A stretch of DNA of 64,000 nucleotides, taken from contig CBFGJX010000009.1 of assembly GCA_965649225.1 (NCBI GenBank), positions 29,200 through 93,199 of the forward strand. Direction: 5' to 3'. The DNA comes from a candidate division WOR-3 bacterium. Its GTDB lineage: Bacteria; Hydrothermota; Tepidihabitantia; Tepidihabitantales; Tepidihabitantaceae. The notes below the pieces were generated by a model. That model saw only the letters and a program-made list of their open reading frames with translations, was not told where the DNA came from and searched no databases. The stretch's first letter is position 1, and every line of letters begins with the position of its first letter. This document shows positions 27,033 to 36,151 of this stretch, in pieces. Position numbers and translations under genes: made by a program.

Positions 27033-28871
27033 ATGATGCTATTTTCCGTAACCCTCGCGCTCGTCGCCGGCCTGTTCGTGCCGCCCGGTGCAAATTTCAC
27101 CCTCTGCCGTACCACCGCAGCCGGCGTAGGTCACTGTGAACTCGACCCCCTGCGCACACTCGATGACTCGACGGTACCGCTGGGCGGCGAGTGGGGCATC
27201 ACCGTCAACATGGGCAATGTCGACAGCGACCCCGAACCCGAAATCTGCCTGCGTGTCGCCAAGCTCGCGGGGTCGTCCTACATCTCCCGGCTGGTGATGC
27301 TCGATGATGACCTGTCCACTCTCTGGACAAGAGAAATCGGCGACCTGGGCAATGTCGAGGTCGCGGGCGTGACTCTTGCCGACCTCGACAACGATGGCCG
27401 CGATGAGGTGCTCTTTCCCCTATCCGACGTCTACTTCAACGCCTATCCGCAGTACAAGGCCCGCATCTACGCGCTGGACGGCCGCACCGGCCAGGACCGG
27501 CTCGGCTGGCCCTACATCCTGCCCGGCTGGCCCGAGGACCCGTACCTGAAGCCCTATGCCGAACTGGTGGTCGCCGACCTCGACGGCGACGGCACGCCCG
27601 AGGTGCTCTGCGAGGTGACCGACAACAACTCCAACCGCAAGTGCGGCAGCGCGCTGTACTGCTTCAGCGCCTCGGGCGACTCGCTCTGGAAGTACTGGTT
27701 CTACCAGGACACGCTCGACCGCCACGGCCAGTGGACCAAGCCCGCGGTCGCCGACCTCGACCGCGACGGCCGCCTGGAGATCATCTGCCACGAAGCCAAG
27801 TTCAACGGCCGCAGCCCGTGGAACCTGCTCGAGCGCCGGCTCTTCATCCTGAACCATGACGGCACCCTGCGCCGGTCTGTGCGCACCGAGGGCCCGGGCA
27901 GCTCTTTCACGCCCGACTACGCGCCGCCGGTCGTGGCCGACCTGAACCAGGACGGCAACTGGGAAATCGTCATCCTGCGCCGGCCCGGTTACCTCGAGGT
28001 CATTGACACGACCTTGAACCGTCTGCCCGGCTGGCCCGCCGACCTCACCGCCGATGCCGGTTATGAAAGCTATCTTTACACCCGTTGCTTCTCGGCCCCG
28101 GCGGTTGCCGACCTCGACGGTGACGGCGACCTGGAAATTGTTGTCGGCAGCTTCGGGCTGGTGGGATCGAATGCCGACTGGGGCGGCCACATCCACGCCT
28201 TCCATCACGACGGCCGCGCCCTCTCCGGCTTCCCGTACGAAACGCGCAACGGCGTGTGGTACTCGCCCGCGCTGGCCGACATCGACGGCCGGCCCGGCCT
28301 TGAGGTACTCACCGCGGCCTGCGACTCCGCGTTCTATGTCGTCACCAACACCGGCGAGAGCCTGCCCGGCTGGCCGCACCGCGGCTTCCCGACCTACTGG
28401 CTGCCCGATGAAGGCACCCACTCCTTCATCGAAGGCAGAATACCGATGTCCAAGACTCCGCATCTGGCTGACCTCGACGGCGACAACCTCATCGAGATGC
28501 TGATGACCGGCACCGACGGCCTGATGTACGCGCTCAACACCGCCGGGCCGTTCGTGCCGTCGGGAATGCCCCTCGCCACCTTCCACTACGACAAACAGCG
28601 CACCGGCTGGTACCGCCGCACCCCGACCGCTGTAGCCGGGGAAAACGCGACGCCTAGTGCCGCCCGCATCGCATCGGCCACGATGGTCGTCCGCAACACG
28701 CTCACGCTGCCTCCAGCCGGCAATTCTAACTCCAGCTTCGTCCTGCTCGACGCCGCGGGCCGGCGCGTCCTTGACCTCACGCCCGGGCCCAACGACGTCT
28801 CGCGCCTCGCGCCCGGCGTCTACCTCGTGCGCGGCAGCGACGCTTCGCTGTCCAAGGTCATCGTCTACTGA
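27033..28871 (+). CDS. FG-GAP/VCBS repeat protein with CTD
   Basis: Many ADLDxDGxxE repeats with PGWP linkers; CTD. Confidence 0.9.
   Translation: MMLFSVTLALVAGLFVPPGANFTLCRTTAAGVGHCELDPLRTLDDSTVPLGGEWGITVNMGNVDSDPEPEICLRVAKLAGSSYISRLVMLDDDLSTLWTREIGDLGNVEVAGVTLADLDNDGRDEVLFPLSDVYFNAYPQYKARIYALDGRTGQDRLGWPYILPGWPEDPYLKPYAELVVADLDGDGTPEVLCEVTDNNSNRKCGSALYCFSASGDSLWKYWFYQDTLDRHGQWTKPAVADLDRDGRLEIICHEAKFNGRSPWNLLERRLFILNHDGTLRRSVRTEGPGSSFTPDYAPPVVADLNQDGNWEIVILRRPGYLEVIDTTLNRLPGWPADLTADAGYESYLYTRCFSAPAVADLDGDGDLEIVVGSFGLVGSNADWGGHIHAFHHDGRALSGFPYETRNGVWYSPALADIDGRPGLEVLTAACDSAFYVVTNTGESLPGWPHRGFPTYWLPDEGTHSFIEGRIPMSKTPHLADLDGDNLIEMLMTGTDGLMYALNTAGPFVPSGMPLATFHYDKQRTGWYRRTPTAVAGENATPSAARIASATMVVRNTLTLPPAGNSNSSFVLLDAAGRRVLDLTPGPNDVSRLAPGVYLVRGSDASLSKVIVY
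28665..28771 (+). repeat. CTD-coding repeat, partner at 30136-30242
   Basis: About 107 bp with about 6 mismatches by manual alignment. Confidence 0.9.
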
Positions 28872-28884
28872 AAGAGAAACTGAA

Positions 28885-30354
28885 TTGACAACCTGTCTCT
28901 GCCTGCTGCTGGCCGGCCTGCTGCCGGCAACCCCGGCTGTTTCGCCGCGGGGCAACATCGAGTCGTGCGTCGCGCCCGGCCAGTCCGGCGCGCCCGGCGC
29001 CGCTCCGCCCGGCTGGTTTGACACCCTGCTCACCGTGCCCGACGACAAGGAGTCGCGCGACCCGGTTTCTGCCTTTGATTCCCGCGGCCGGCTCCACATC
29101 GCGTGGAAGGACAACCGCCGCCTCCGGGGCTCGGACGAGATTCACTACCTGATGAAGGACTCGACCGGCTGGCGCGACTTCCAGTGCGTCAGCAATCTCG
29201 ACACCTCGCACAACTCGCCGGCACTGGTCGTGGACAGGCAGGATAACGTCCATGTCTTCTTCCTGCGCTGGTCCGGCCAGCCCTATGGCTTCGACCTCGG
29301 CTACCGCCGCCGCGACGGCGCGACCGGTGAGTGGGGCCCCGAAGAACGGCTCACCGACCGCGACTCGCTGCCCACCTCGGCCCGGCCGCACGCCGTGGTC
29401 GTTGCCGACACCGTGTTCGTCTTCTGGCGCATCGCCAACGTCTCGCCCCAGCTCTTCGGCTACATCTACAACAACGGCGGCGGCTGGAGCGACTACAAGG
29501 TGATCTCGACCGGCGCAGAGGTCTACCGCGGCAACATCGCGGTGCGCGCCTCGCGCGACGGCTGGATTCACGTCGTCTGGGAGGACAACCGCGTCGACAC
29601 GTCCCAGCTCTGGCACCGCTACCACGACGGCGACTCCTGGTCCGCGCCCTACCGCACGACCTTCGAGGGCCACAACGCGGTCCAGCCCGGCCTCGCCTTC
29701 GATTCGCTCGGCAACCTCCACGTTGTCTTCGCTGGCGGCCCGAGCGCGGTCGACCGGCTCCATCATCGCATCTGGGACCGCGCAACGCGCACCTGGGGCG
29801 AGCCCACCCGCTGGTACTCGTGGAACGGCGCGCCCGACCCGCGGATCGGCGTCAACCTCCGCACCGGCGAGCGCCACCTGACCCACGTCGGCGCCGAGGG
29901 CAGCCTGTACGGTCTTTATTACCGCCGGTTCGACCCGGTTCGCGGCGTTTGGACCGATTCCACCCAGCTGACATCAAACGGCGCGTTCACCGGGCCGGCG
30001 CTCCCGCTTGTCGACTCTGACGGCCGAGTTCACCTCGTGTTCTGGGGCAACGGCTACGGCACGCAGGAAGAGATAATCTACATGACCAACCGCCTGCCGA
30101 CCGGAGTGCAGGAACGTGGTGCGCCCGGCGCAGGACGCATCGCATCGGCCACGATGGTCGTCCGCAACACGCTTGCGCTGCCTCCAGCCGGCAATCCGAA
30201 CTCCAGCTTCGTCCTGCTCGACGCCGCCGGCCGGAGCGTCCTCTCGCTCGCACCCGGGCCTAACGACATCTCGCACCTCGCGCCCGGTGTCTATTTCACT
30301 CGCGGCCTCTCGGACCGGCCCTCAACGGCTGCACGTGTCATCATTGCCCGCTGA
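28885..30354 (+). CDS. Secreted beta-propeller protein (D..G..H.VW repeats) with CTD
   Basis: FDSRGRLHIAW, DRQDNVHV, DGWIHVVW, DSLGNLHVV, DSDGRVHLV; TTG start. Confidence 0.85.
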   Translation: MTTCLCLLLAGLLPATPAVSPRGNIESCVAPGQSGAPGAAPPGWFDTLLTVPDDKESRDPVSAFDSRGRLHIAWKDNRRLRGSDEIHYLMKDSTGWRDFQCVSNLDTSHNSPALVVDRQDNVHVFFLRWSGQPYGFDLGYRRRDGATGEWGPEERLTDRDSLPTSARPHAVVVADTVFVFWRIANVSPQLFGYIYNNGGGWSDYKVISTGAEVYRGNIAVRASRDGWIHVVWEDNRVDTSQLWHRYHDGDSWSAPYRTTFEGHNAVQPGLAFDSLGNLHVVFAGGPSAVDRLHHRIWDRATRTWGEPTRWYSWNGAPDPRIGVNLRTGERHLTHVGAEGSLYGLYYRRFDPVRGVWTDSTQLTSNGAFTGPALPLVDSDGRVHLVFWGNGYGTQEEIIYMTNRLPTGVQERGAPGAGRIASATMVVRNTLALPPAGNPNSSFVLLDAAGRSVLSLAPGPNDISHLAPGVYFTRGLSDRPSTAARVIIAR

Positions 30355-30414
30355 TTCCCGGACGCCGGCAACTATCGGCGCGGTGTGTTCCGCGACCGGC
30401 CGGCAGGCACACCT

Positions 30415-31104
30415 ATGACGCCAGCCTGTCCGGTCTGCAACGACCCGAAGCCGGATCAGTTTGCCGTCATCGCCGAGCGAAGCTACTGGCGCTGCGTCCG
30501 CTGCGGTGCGACCTTTCTCGACCCCGCCCTGCTGCCCGACCCGGCAACCGAAAGCGCCCGCTACCGCCTGCACCACAACGACCCGAACGACCCGGGCTGG
30601 CGCGCCTTTCTCAACCGCCTCACCGCACCGCTGCTCTCCCGGCTCGGGCCGGCGACAAAAGTCGGGCTGGATTTTGGCTGTGGTCGCTGCTCGGTGCTGG
30701 CCGTACCGCTCGCGGCGGCCGGCCACTGGGTCTGGCTGTACGACCCGCTGTTCTTCCCCGACACCGATGTCCTCAACCAGACCTACGACTACATCATCTG
30801 CACCGAGGTTGCCGAACATTTTCATCGCCCGGCCGAAGAATTCCGGCGCCTCGACCGGCTGCTGCGTCCGGGCGGCTGGCTGGCACTGACGACCCGGCTG
30901 CTGGGCGACGACTGCTCCTTCGCCGACTGGAGCTATCGCCGCGACCCGACCCATGTCGTCTTCTACCGTCCCGAGACTTTCGGCTTCATCTGCCGCAAGC
31001 TGGGCTGGCGTCTCGACGAAATCATCCCGCCCGACATGATATTCATTCAAAAACCGCCGGCGGCTGCAGTTGACCCGGCCGCTGACCACAAGGAGTCGAC
31101 TTGA
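30415..31104 (+). CDS. Class I SAM-dependent methyltransferase with N-terminal zinc ribbon
   Basis: CPVC..CVRC; GLDFGCG; CTEVAEH; YRRDPTHV. Confidence 0.9.
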   Translation: MTPACPVCNDPKPDQFAVIAERSYWRCVRCGATFLDPALLPDPATESARYRLHHNDPNDPGWRAFLNRLTAPLLSRLGPATKVGLDFGCGRCSVLAVPLAAAGHWVWLYDPLFFPDTDVLNQTYDYIICTEVAEHFHRPAEEFRRLDRLLRPGGWLALTTRLLGDDCSFADWSYRRDPTHVVFYRPETFGFICRKLGWRLDEIIPPDMIFIQKPPAAAVDPAADHKEST

Positions 31105-33860
31105 AACAACTCTGGGCTGCTCTGTTCTGTTCCGCACTTGCCACTGCCGCACCGGCAGTACTGATTGCGCCCTCTTCACCCCAGACCCGCGCCTGGCTGA
31201 TGTCTTCGGCGCTGCCGGTCTACTGGGCCGACGACGCGCTTGTCGTGGCCGACGACGCTCATCTTCCAGCCTTTGCCGGCCGCGGCATCGCCGCGCTGCC
31301 GGCAAGCCCGGCCGCACCGCTCTACCTTGTCATTCCGCAGCGGCCCGGCGCGCTCGACCGCGCCCGCGCCATCGCGCCCGCGCTCTGGTCTGACAGCGCG
31401 GCACTGCTCGTCGCGGCCGATGACAGCGCGGCCCACCGCATCACGCTTGCCGGATGCCAGCTTGTGCGCCTGCCCGACCGCCCGGCGCCGCTCTATGCCC
31501 CGGCCGCTCACGGCTTCCCGGCGCCGCTGCTGGACACCACAATCCAGCGCCTTGTGGCTCGGGTCAGCGCCGACTCGGTCCGGCGCCACATCCAGCGCCT
31601 GCAGGACTTTCGCACCCGCTACTCGCCGGCCGACTCCTGCCGCTCGGCCGAGTCCTGGATCGCCGGTTACTTCACCGCGCTCGGGTTCGACTCGGTCGCG
31701 CTTGACTCATTTCAGCGCAACGGCCAGTACTGGCGCAACGCGGTCGGCCTGCGCCGCGGCCGCAATCCCGAGAAAGTCGTCATCGTCTGCGGCCACCTCG
31801 ACTGCACCTCCGAGGACCCCTACAACAGCGCGCCCGGCGCCGAGGACAACGCTTCCGGCACCGCGATGGTGCTCGAGGCGGCGCGCGTGCTTGCCGACCT
31901 GCGGCCCGACCTCTCCATCCGCTTCATCGGCTTCTCGGGCGAGGAGCAGGGCCTCATCGGCTCGTTCCACTACGCCGAGCAGGCCCGCGCGCGCGGCGAC
32001 GACATCATCGCGGTGATGAACTACGACATGATCGCCTATCCGGGCGGCGAGTTCGGGGTCGCCATCTTCGGCGACTCGCTCTCCCTGCCGCTCGGTCAGT
32101 TTCAGTCGCGCATCGCCGACATCTACACGAGGCTGGACAGCCGCGCCCTCATCGGCCGCTACGGCTCGGACCAGCTCGCGTTCCACCGCTACGGCTACAT
32201 CGGCACGGCCGGCGCCGAGTACGGCGACTTTTACCCGTGGTACCACACCACCGCCGACACCATCGGCAACATCTCGATGGAGCTTGCCGCCGAGGTGGCG
32301 AAAATGACCATTGCCGCGGCGGCCACCATCGCCCTTGCCCCGGCCCCGCCCGACAGCTTCCGGTTCGCCGACCTGGGCACTGGCGGCGCGCTGTTTGCCT
32401 CGTGGCGGCCGAACCGCGAACCCGATGTAGCCGGCTACCGGCTCTGGTGGGGCACTCAGAGCGGCAGTTACACCGACTCGGTTGACCTGCCCTGCGTCCC
32501 GTTCCGCCGCATCGAGGGCCTCACGAACGGCACGCGCTACTACGCCGCGGTTGCGGCCTTTGACTCGGCCGGGCACTTGGGCGGTCGTTCGGCCGAGCAG
32601 AGCGCGATTCCCGGCGAAGTGCCGCTAGCGCCCGAGGGTTTCGCGGCCTGGCCCGCGCGCGGCGGGATGAAGCTCTCCTGGCGCGCCAATACCGAGCTCG
32701 ACCTTGCCGGTTACAACCTCTACCGTGCGACCGTTTCGGGTGGCCCCTATGACCGGCTCAACACCGCCCCCGTGACCGACACGACATTCCGCGATTCCGG
32801 CCTCGCGTCCGGCATCGCCTACTACTATGTCTGCGCCGCGGTCGACACCACCGGCAACGAAGGCCCGCGCTCGCCCGAACGCTCGGGCAAGGCGATAACT
32901 CTCGACCGCGGCATCCTGCTCGTTGACGAGACCCGCAACGGCACCGGCGCGCGCGGCTCGCCCTCAGACGAACAGCAGGACGCCTTCTGGCACTTCCTGC
33001 TCGGCTGGTTCAACTTCACCGACTGGGACGCCACCGACCTCGGCGTGCCCGCTCCCGGCGACCTCGGCCCCTACTCGACCGTGGTCTGGCACGCCGACGA
33101 GTACCAGCAGCAGCTTGCCGCCGACGCCGTGCCCGGCCTGGCCAATTACCTCTCCGAAGGCGGCCGGCTGTTTTACTCCGGCTGGAAGCCAATCCTGGGC
33201 ATCCTCGGCTCGGGCAACTACCCGTTCACCTTCAGCCCGGGCAGTTTCCCCTATGACCAGCTCGGCCTCGCCGTGGCACGCCAGTCAACCGCGCTCGACT
33301 TCATCGGCGCGACCGGCACGCTCGGCTATCCCGACCTGAGGATTGATTCGCTCAAGACTTTCCCCGCGGCCGCGGGCCGGCTCTCGTTCATTGACGCGCT
33401 CTATCCGCGCGACGCCGAACCGGTCGCCGCCTTCGTCTCGCAATCGGGCGACACCTTTGCCGGCAAGCCGGTCGCGGTGCGCCGGCTCGCCGGCCCGGGC
33501 AAGGTCGTGTTCCTCGGCTTCCCGCTCTACTACTGCGAAAACGAACCCGCGCGCGCCTTCGCGGTCAAGGCGCTGTCCGACCTCGGTGAGCCCTACGCAC
33601 TCACCGAACCCGGCCCGCCGGCCGCCGCCGCCACCCCGCTTTCCGCCAGCCACGTCCGGGCCATCCTGAAACTGCCTGCTGACATCGCACCTCACCCTCC
33701 CCATCTGCTCATTGACGCCACCGGCCGCCGCGTGCTGGAACTCAAACCCGGCACTAACGACATCTCCAACCTTGCCCCGGGCGTTTACTTCATTCGACAG
33801 GCACAGCCCGATCGACAGACAGTTTCCCGACCGGCGGTACGGGTTATCATAACCCGGTAG
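31101..33860 (+). CDS. Secreted M28 metallopeptidase with fibronectin III domains and CTD
   Basis: GHLD, PGAEDNASG, FSGEEQGLIGS, NYDMI, SD, YHTTAD; two FN3 units; CTD. Confidence 0.92.
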   Translation: MKQLWAALFCSALATAAPAVLIAPSSPQTRAWLMSSALPVYWADDALVVADDAHLPAFAGRGIAALPASPAAPLYLVIPQRPGALDRARAIAPALWSDSAALLVAADDSAAHRITLAGCQLVRLPDRPAPLYAPAAHGFPAPLLDTTIQRLVARVSADSVRRHIQRLQDFRTRYSPADSCRSAESWIAGYFTALGFDSVALDSFQRNGQYWRNAVGLRRGRNPEKVVIVCGHLDCTSEDPYNSAPGAEDNASGTAMVLEAARVLADLRPDLSIRFIGFSGEEQGLIGSFHYAEQARARGDDIIAVMNYDMIAYPGGEFGVAIFGDSLSLPLGQFQSRIADIYTRLDSRALIGRYGSDQLAFHRYGYIGTAGAEYGDFYPWYHTTADTIGNISMELAAEVAKMTIAAAATIALAPAPPDSFRFADLGTGGALFASWRPNREPDVAGYRLWWGTQSGSYTDSVDLPCVPFRRIEGLTNGTRYYAAVAAFDSAGHLGGRSAEQSAIPGEVPLAPEGFAAWPARGGMKLSWRANTELDLAGYNLYRATVSGGPYDRLNTAPVTDTTFRDSGLASGIAYYYVCAAVDTTGNEGPRSPERSGKAITLDRGILLVDETRNGTGARGSPSDEQQDAFWHFLLGWFNFTDWDATDLGVPAPGDLGPYSTVVWHADEYQQQLAADAVPGLANYLSEGGRLFYSGWKPILGILGSGNYPFTFSPGSFPYDQLGLAVARQSTALDFIGATGTLGYPDLRIDSLKTFPAAAGRLSFIDALYPRDAEPVAAFVSQSGDTFAGKPVAVRRLAGPGKVVFLGFPLYYCENEPARAFAVKALSDLGEPYALTEPGPPAAAATPLSASHVRAILKLPADIAPHPPHLLIDATGRRVLELKPGTNDISNLAPGVYFIRQAQPDRQTVSRPAVRVIITR

Positions 33861-33875
33861 CAGGTCCGACGACCG

Positions 33876-33908
33876 GGCGGCGGCGGACACCCCGCCGCCG
33901 CCGCTTTT
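33876..33908 (+). terminator. Intrinsic terminator
   Basis: GGCGGCGGCGG/CCGCCGCCGCC stem followed by GCTTTT. Confidence 0.7.
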
Positions 33909-33952
33909 CGCATCCCGATGGTGCTCTGCCGGTCTAACCGGCAGGAGGAAAT

Positions 33953-34447
33953 ATGACCGGCAACATGATTGCAATTGGCAAGAAAGCGCCGAACTTCTGC
34001 CTGCCCGACAAGGACGAGAAAAAAGTCTGCCTGAAAGACTTTCTCGGCCGGTGGGCCGTGGTCTATTTTTACCCGCACGACAACACGCCCGGCTGCACGA
34101 CCGAGGCCTGCGCGTTCTCCGAGCGCCTGGCCGACTTCGAAGGCCTCGCCGCCGCGGTCATCGGCATCAGCACCGACTCGCCCGCGTCGCACCGCAGGTT
34201 CGCCGGCAAGCACAACCTGACCATCACCCTGCTCTCCGACCCGGACCACAAGGTTATCGAGGCGTACGGCGCGTGGCAGCCCAAAAAGCTCCTGGGCAAA
34301 GAATTCCTCGGCACGGTGCGCTCGACCTTCCTCATTGACCCGCAAGGCAGAGTCGCCCACGTCTGGCCGCGCGCGAAAATCTGGGGCCACGCCGACGAGG
34401 TCAAGGCAAAGCTCGCCGAACTGCAGAACCGGCCCTCCGCCGGCTGA
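33953..34447 (+). CDS. bcp: Peroxiredoxin BCP/PrxQ
   Basis: YFYPHDNTPGCTTEAC; RSTFLID. Confidence 0.93.
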   Translation: MTGNMIAIGKKAPNFCLPDKDEKKVCLKDFLGRWAVVYFYPHDNTPGCTTEACAFSERLADFEGLAAAVIGISTDSPASHRRFAGKHNLTITLLSDPDHKVIEAYGAWQPKKLLGKEFLGTVRSTFLIDPQGRVAHVWPRAKIWGHADEVKAKLAELQNRPSAG

Positions 34448-34502
34448 ATCTCCCGCAGGCTGTCGCTGTCTAACCGCTTGCTGTGTAATCACGGAGGAAG
34501 CC

Positions 34503-35708
34503 ATGAAGATCTTGTTACTGCTTGTACTAGTAATGTCGGCGTCGGCTTGGGCCCAGTCCTGGACCGTGCAGAACAGCGGTACCGCCAACGCGCTGGATGG
34601 CGTCTGGTTCATCGACAATCTGCGCGGTTTTGCTGTCGGCGATGCCGGCACCTCGCTGAAGACAACTGACGGCGGCTCGACCTGGTCGTCCTTCAATCTG
34701 ACTAACGAGGACCTGCAGGATGTCGCATTCCGCGATGCCCGGGTCGGGCTCATCGTCGGCGACAACGGCCGCATCTTCCGCACCGCCGACGGCGGCGCCA
34801 ACTGGACTGCGGTTTCAAGCGGCACTTCCAGCAACCTTCGGGCCGTGGCGTTCGGCTCGGCCGATGTGGCCTATGCCGCGGGTCGGGATGGCGTGATACT
34901 GCGTTCGACCGATGCCGGCGCGACCTGGACCGTGGTCGAAACCGGGTCGGTGCGCTGGGAAAGACTGTGGGCGGTCGGGCCGAACCGGGCCTGGGTTGTC
35001 GGCCGCGAAGGCAACATCAAAGCGACGCAGAATGGCGGAGCAAGCTGGATCGCCCAGCCGAGCTCCAGCGGTAGCGACCTGCACTCGGTGTTCTTCTACG
35101 ACGAAATGAACGGCTGGGCCGTGGGCCAGAACGACGTCGTCCTCAGGACCACTAACGGCGGCGCAAGCTGGAGCCTGTCCAACTCGGGCATCAACGTCAG
35201 CCTCGACGGGGTTCACTTCACGAGCGCAAGTGAGGGCTGGGTCGTTGGCGGACTGGGCCGCATCTGGCGCACCACCAACGGCGGCGCAAGCTGGCAGAGC
35301 GAGGCCAGCCCGACCACAAGCGAGCTCAACGACGTTTTCTTTCTTGACGCCAGCCACGGCTGGGCAGTCGGCGCCTCGGGCCGGATAATCGCCCGCATCA
35401 GCTCCGGCATCGAGGACCGGCCCGGAACCACCCGGCACGGCGCAATCGAAGCCCGGCCCAACCCGGTTACGGGACGCGGCACGCTGAGTTACTCGGCGAC
35501 TGAGCCGGGCCGCGTCGCTGCACGCGTGGTTGACGCCACCGGCCGACTGGTCCGCACCCTTGCCGAAGGCTTCGTCAGCCCGGGTCGCCACGAACTGGTC
35601 TGGGATCGCTCGGACGCTGCCGGCCGCAGGGTCGGCGCCGGCGTTTACTTCTACGAAGTGATGCTGGGTCGCTCGACTCTGCTGCTGCCGGTCGCGGTCG
35701 CAAACTGA
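34503..35708 (+). CDS. Ycf48/BNR-repeat secreted protein with FlgD-Ig-like CTD
   Basis: Repeated G.AVG..G.I.RT.(D/N)GG.(S/T)W; PNP..DATGRLVRTL..WD..GAGVYF. Confidence 0.9.
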   Translation: MKILLLLVLVMSASAWAQSWTVQNSGTANALDGVWFIDNLRGFAVGDAGTSLKTTDGGSTWSSFNLTNEDLQDVAFRDARVGLIVGDNGRIFRTADGGANWTAVSSGTSSNLRAVAFGSADVAYAAGRDGVILRSTDAGATWTVVETGSVRWERLWAVGPNRAWVVGREGNIKATQNGGASWIAQPSSSGSDLHSVFFYDEMNGWAVGQNDVVLRTTNGGASWSLSNSGINVSLDGVHFTSASEGWVVGGLGRIWRTTNGGASWQSEASPTTSELNDVFFLDASHGWAVGASGRIIARISSGIEDRPGTTRHGAIEARPNPVTGRGTLSYSATEPGRVAARVVDATGRLVRTLAEGFVSPGRHELVWDRSDAAGRRVGAGVYFYEVMLGRSTLLLPVAVAN

Positions 35709-35721
35709 TGCAGTGCAGAAA

Positions 35722-35751
35722 CGGCAGGGGAGCGTCGGCGCTCCCCTGCCG
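35722..35751. terminator. Strong hairpin after the Ycf48-like gene
   Basis: Perfect 13 bp stem CGGCAGGGGAGCG-TCGG-CGCTCCCCTGCCG. Confidence 0.55.
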
Positions 35752-35801
35752 AAACAGACAAGCCGCCGGTAGCTGCCGGCGGGGAATAGATGGAGGATGA
35801 T

Positions 35802-36005
35802 ATGCCGCGGAATATGGGTTCAGCAGACCGGCTGATACGGCTGGCGGTCGCGGTGATTCTTGCAGTCCTGGTCGCGACCGGAATAGTCAAGGGCGGCTGG
35901 ACTATCGCCGCGCTGGTGATTGCCGGAGTTTTCGCTCTCACAAGCCTGCTCGGCTTCTGCCCGCTTTATCTGCCGCTTGGTATATCTACCCGGCGCAGGC
36001 AGTAA
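35802..36005 (+). CDS. DUF2892 / YgaP-like small membrane protein
   Basis: NMGSADRLIR..GFCPLYLPLGIST. Confidence 0.88.
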   Translation: MPRNMGSADRLIRLAVAVILAVLVATGIVKGGWTIAALVIAGVFALTSLLGFCPLYLPLGISTRRRQ

Positions 36006-36151
36006 GGCCGTGCTTCGGCTCCGATGACTGCCCTGCCCGAGAGCACGGCAGGACAATGCTTGACCAGTTACACGGCCGGCAGGACAATCTGCTGGCGGCG
36101 CCGGTGATGACTGAACCACGGCCGGGCGCACCTGACAACAAGGAGAATGTG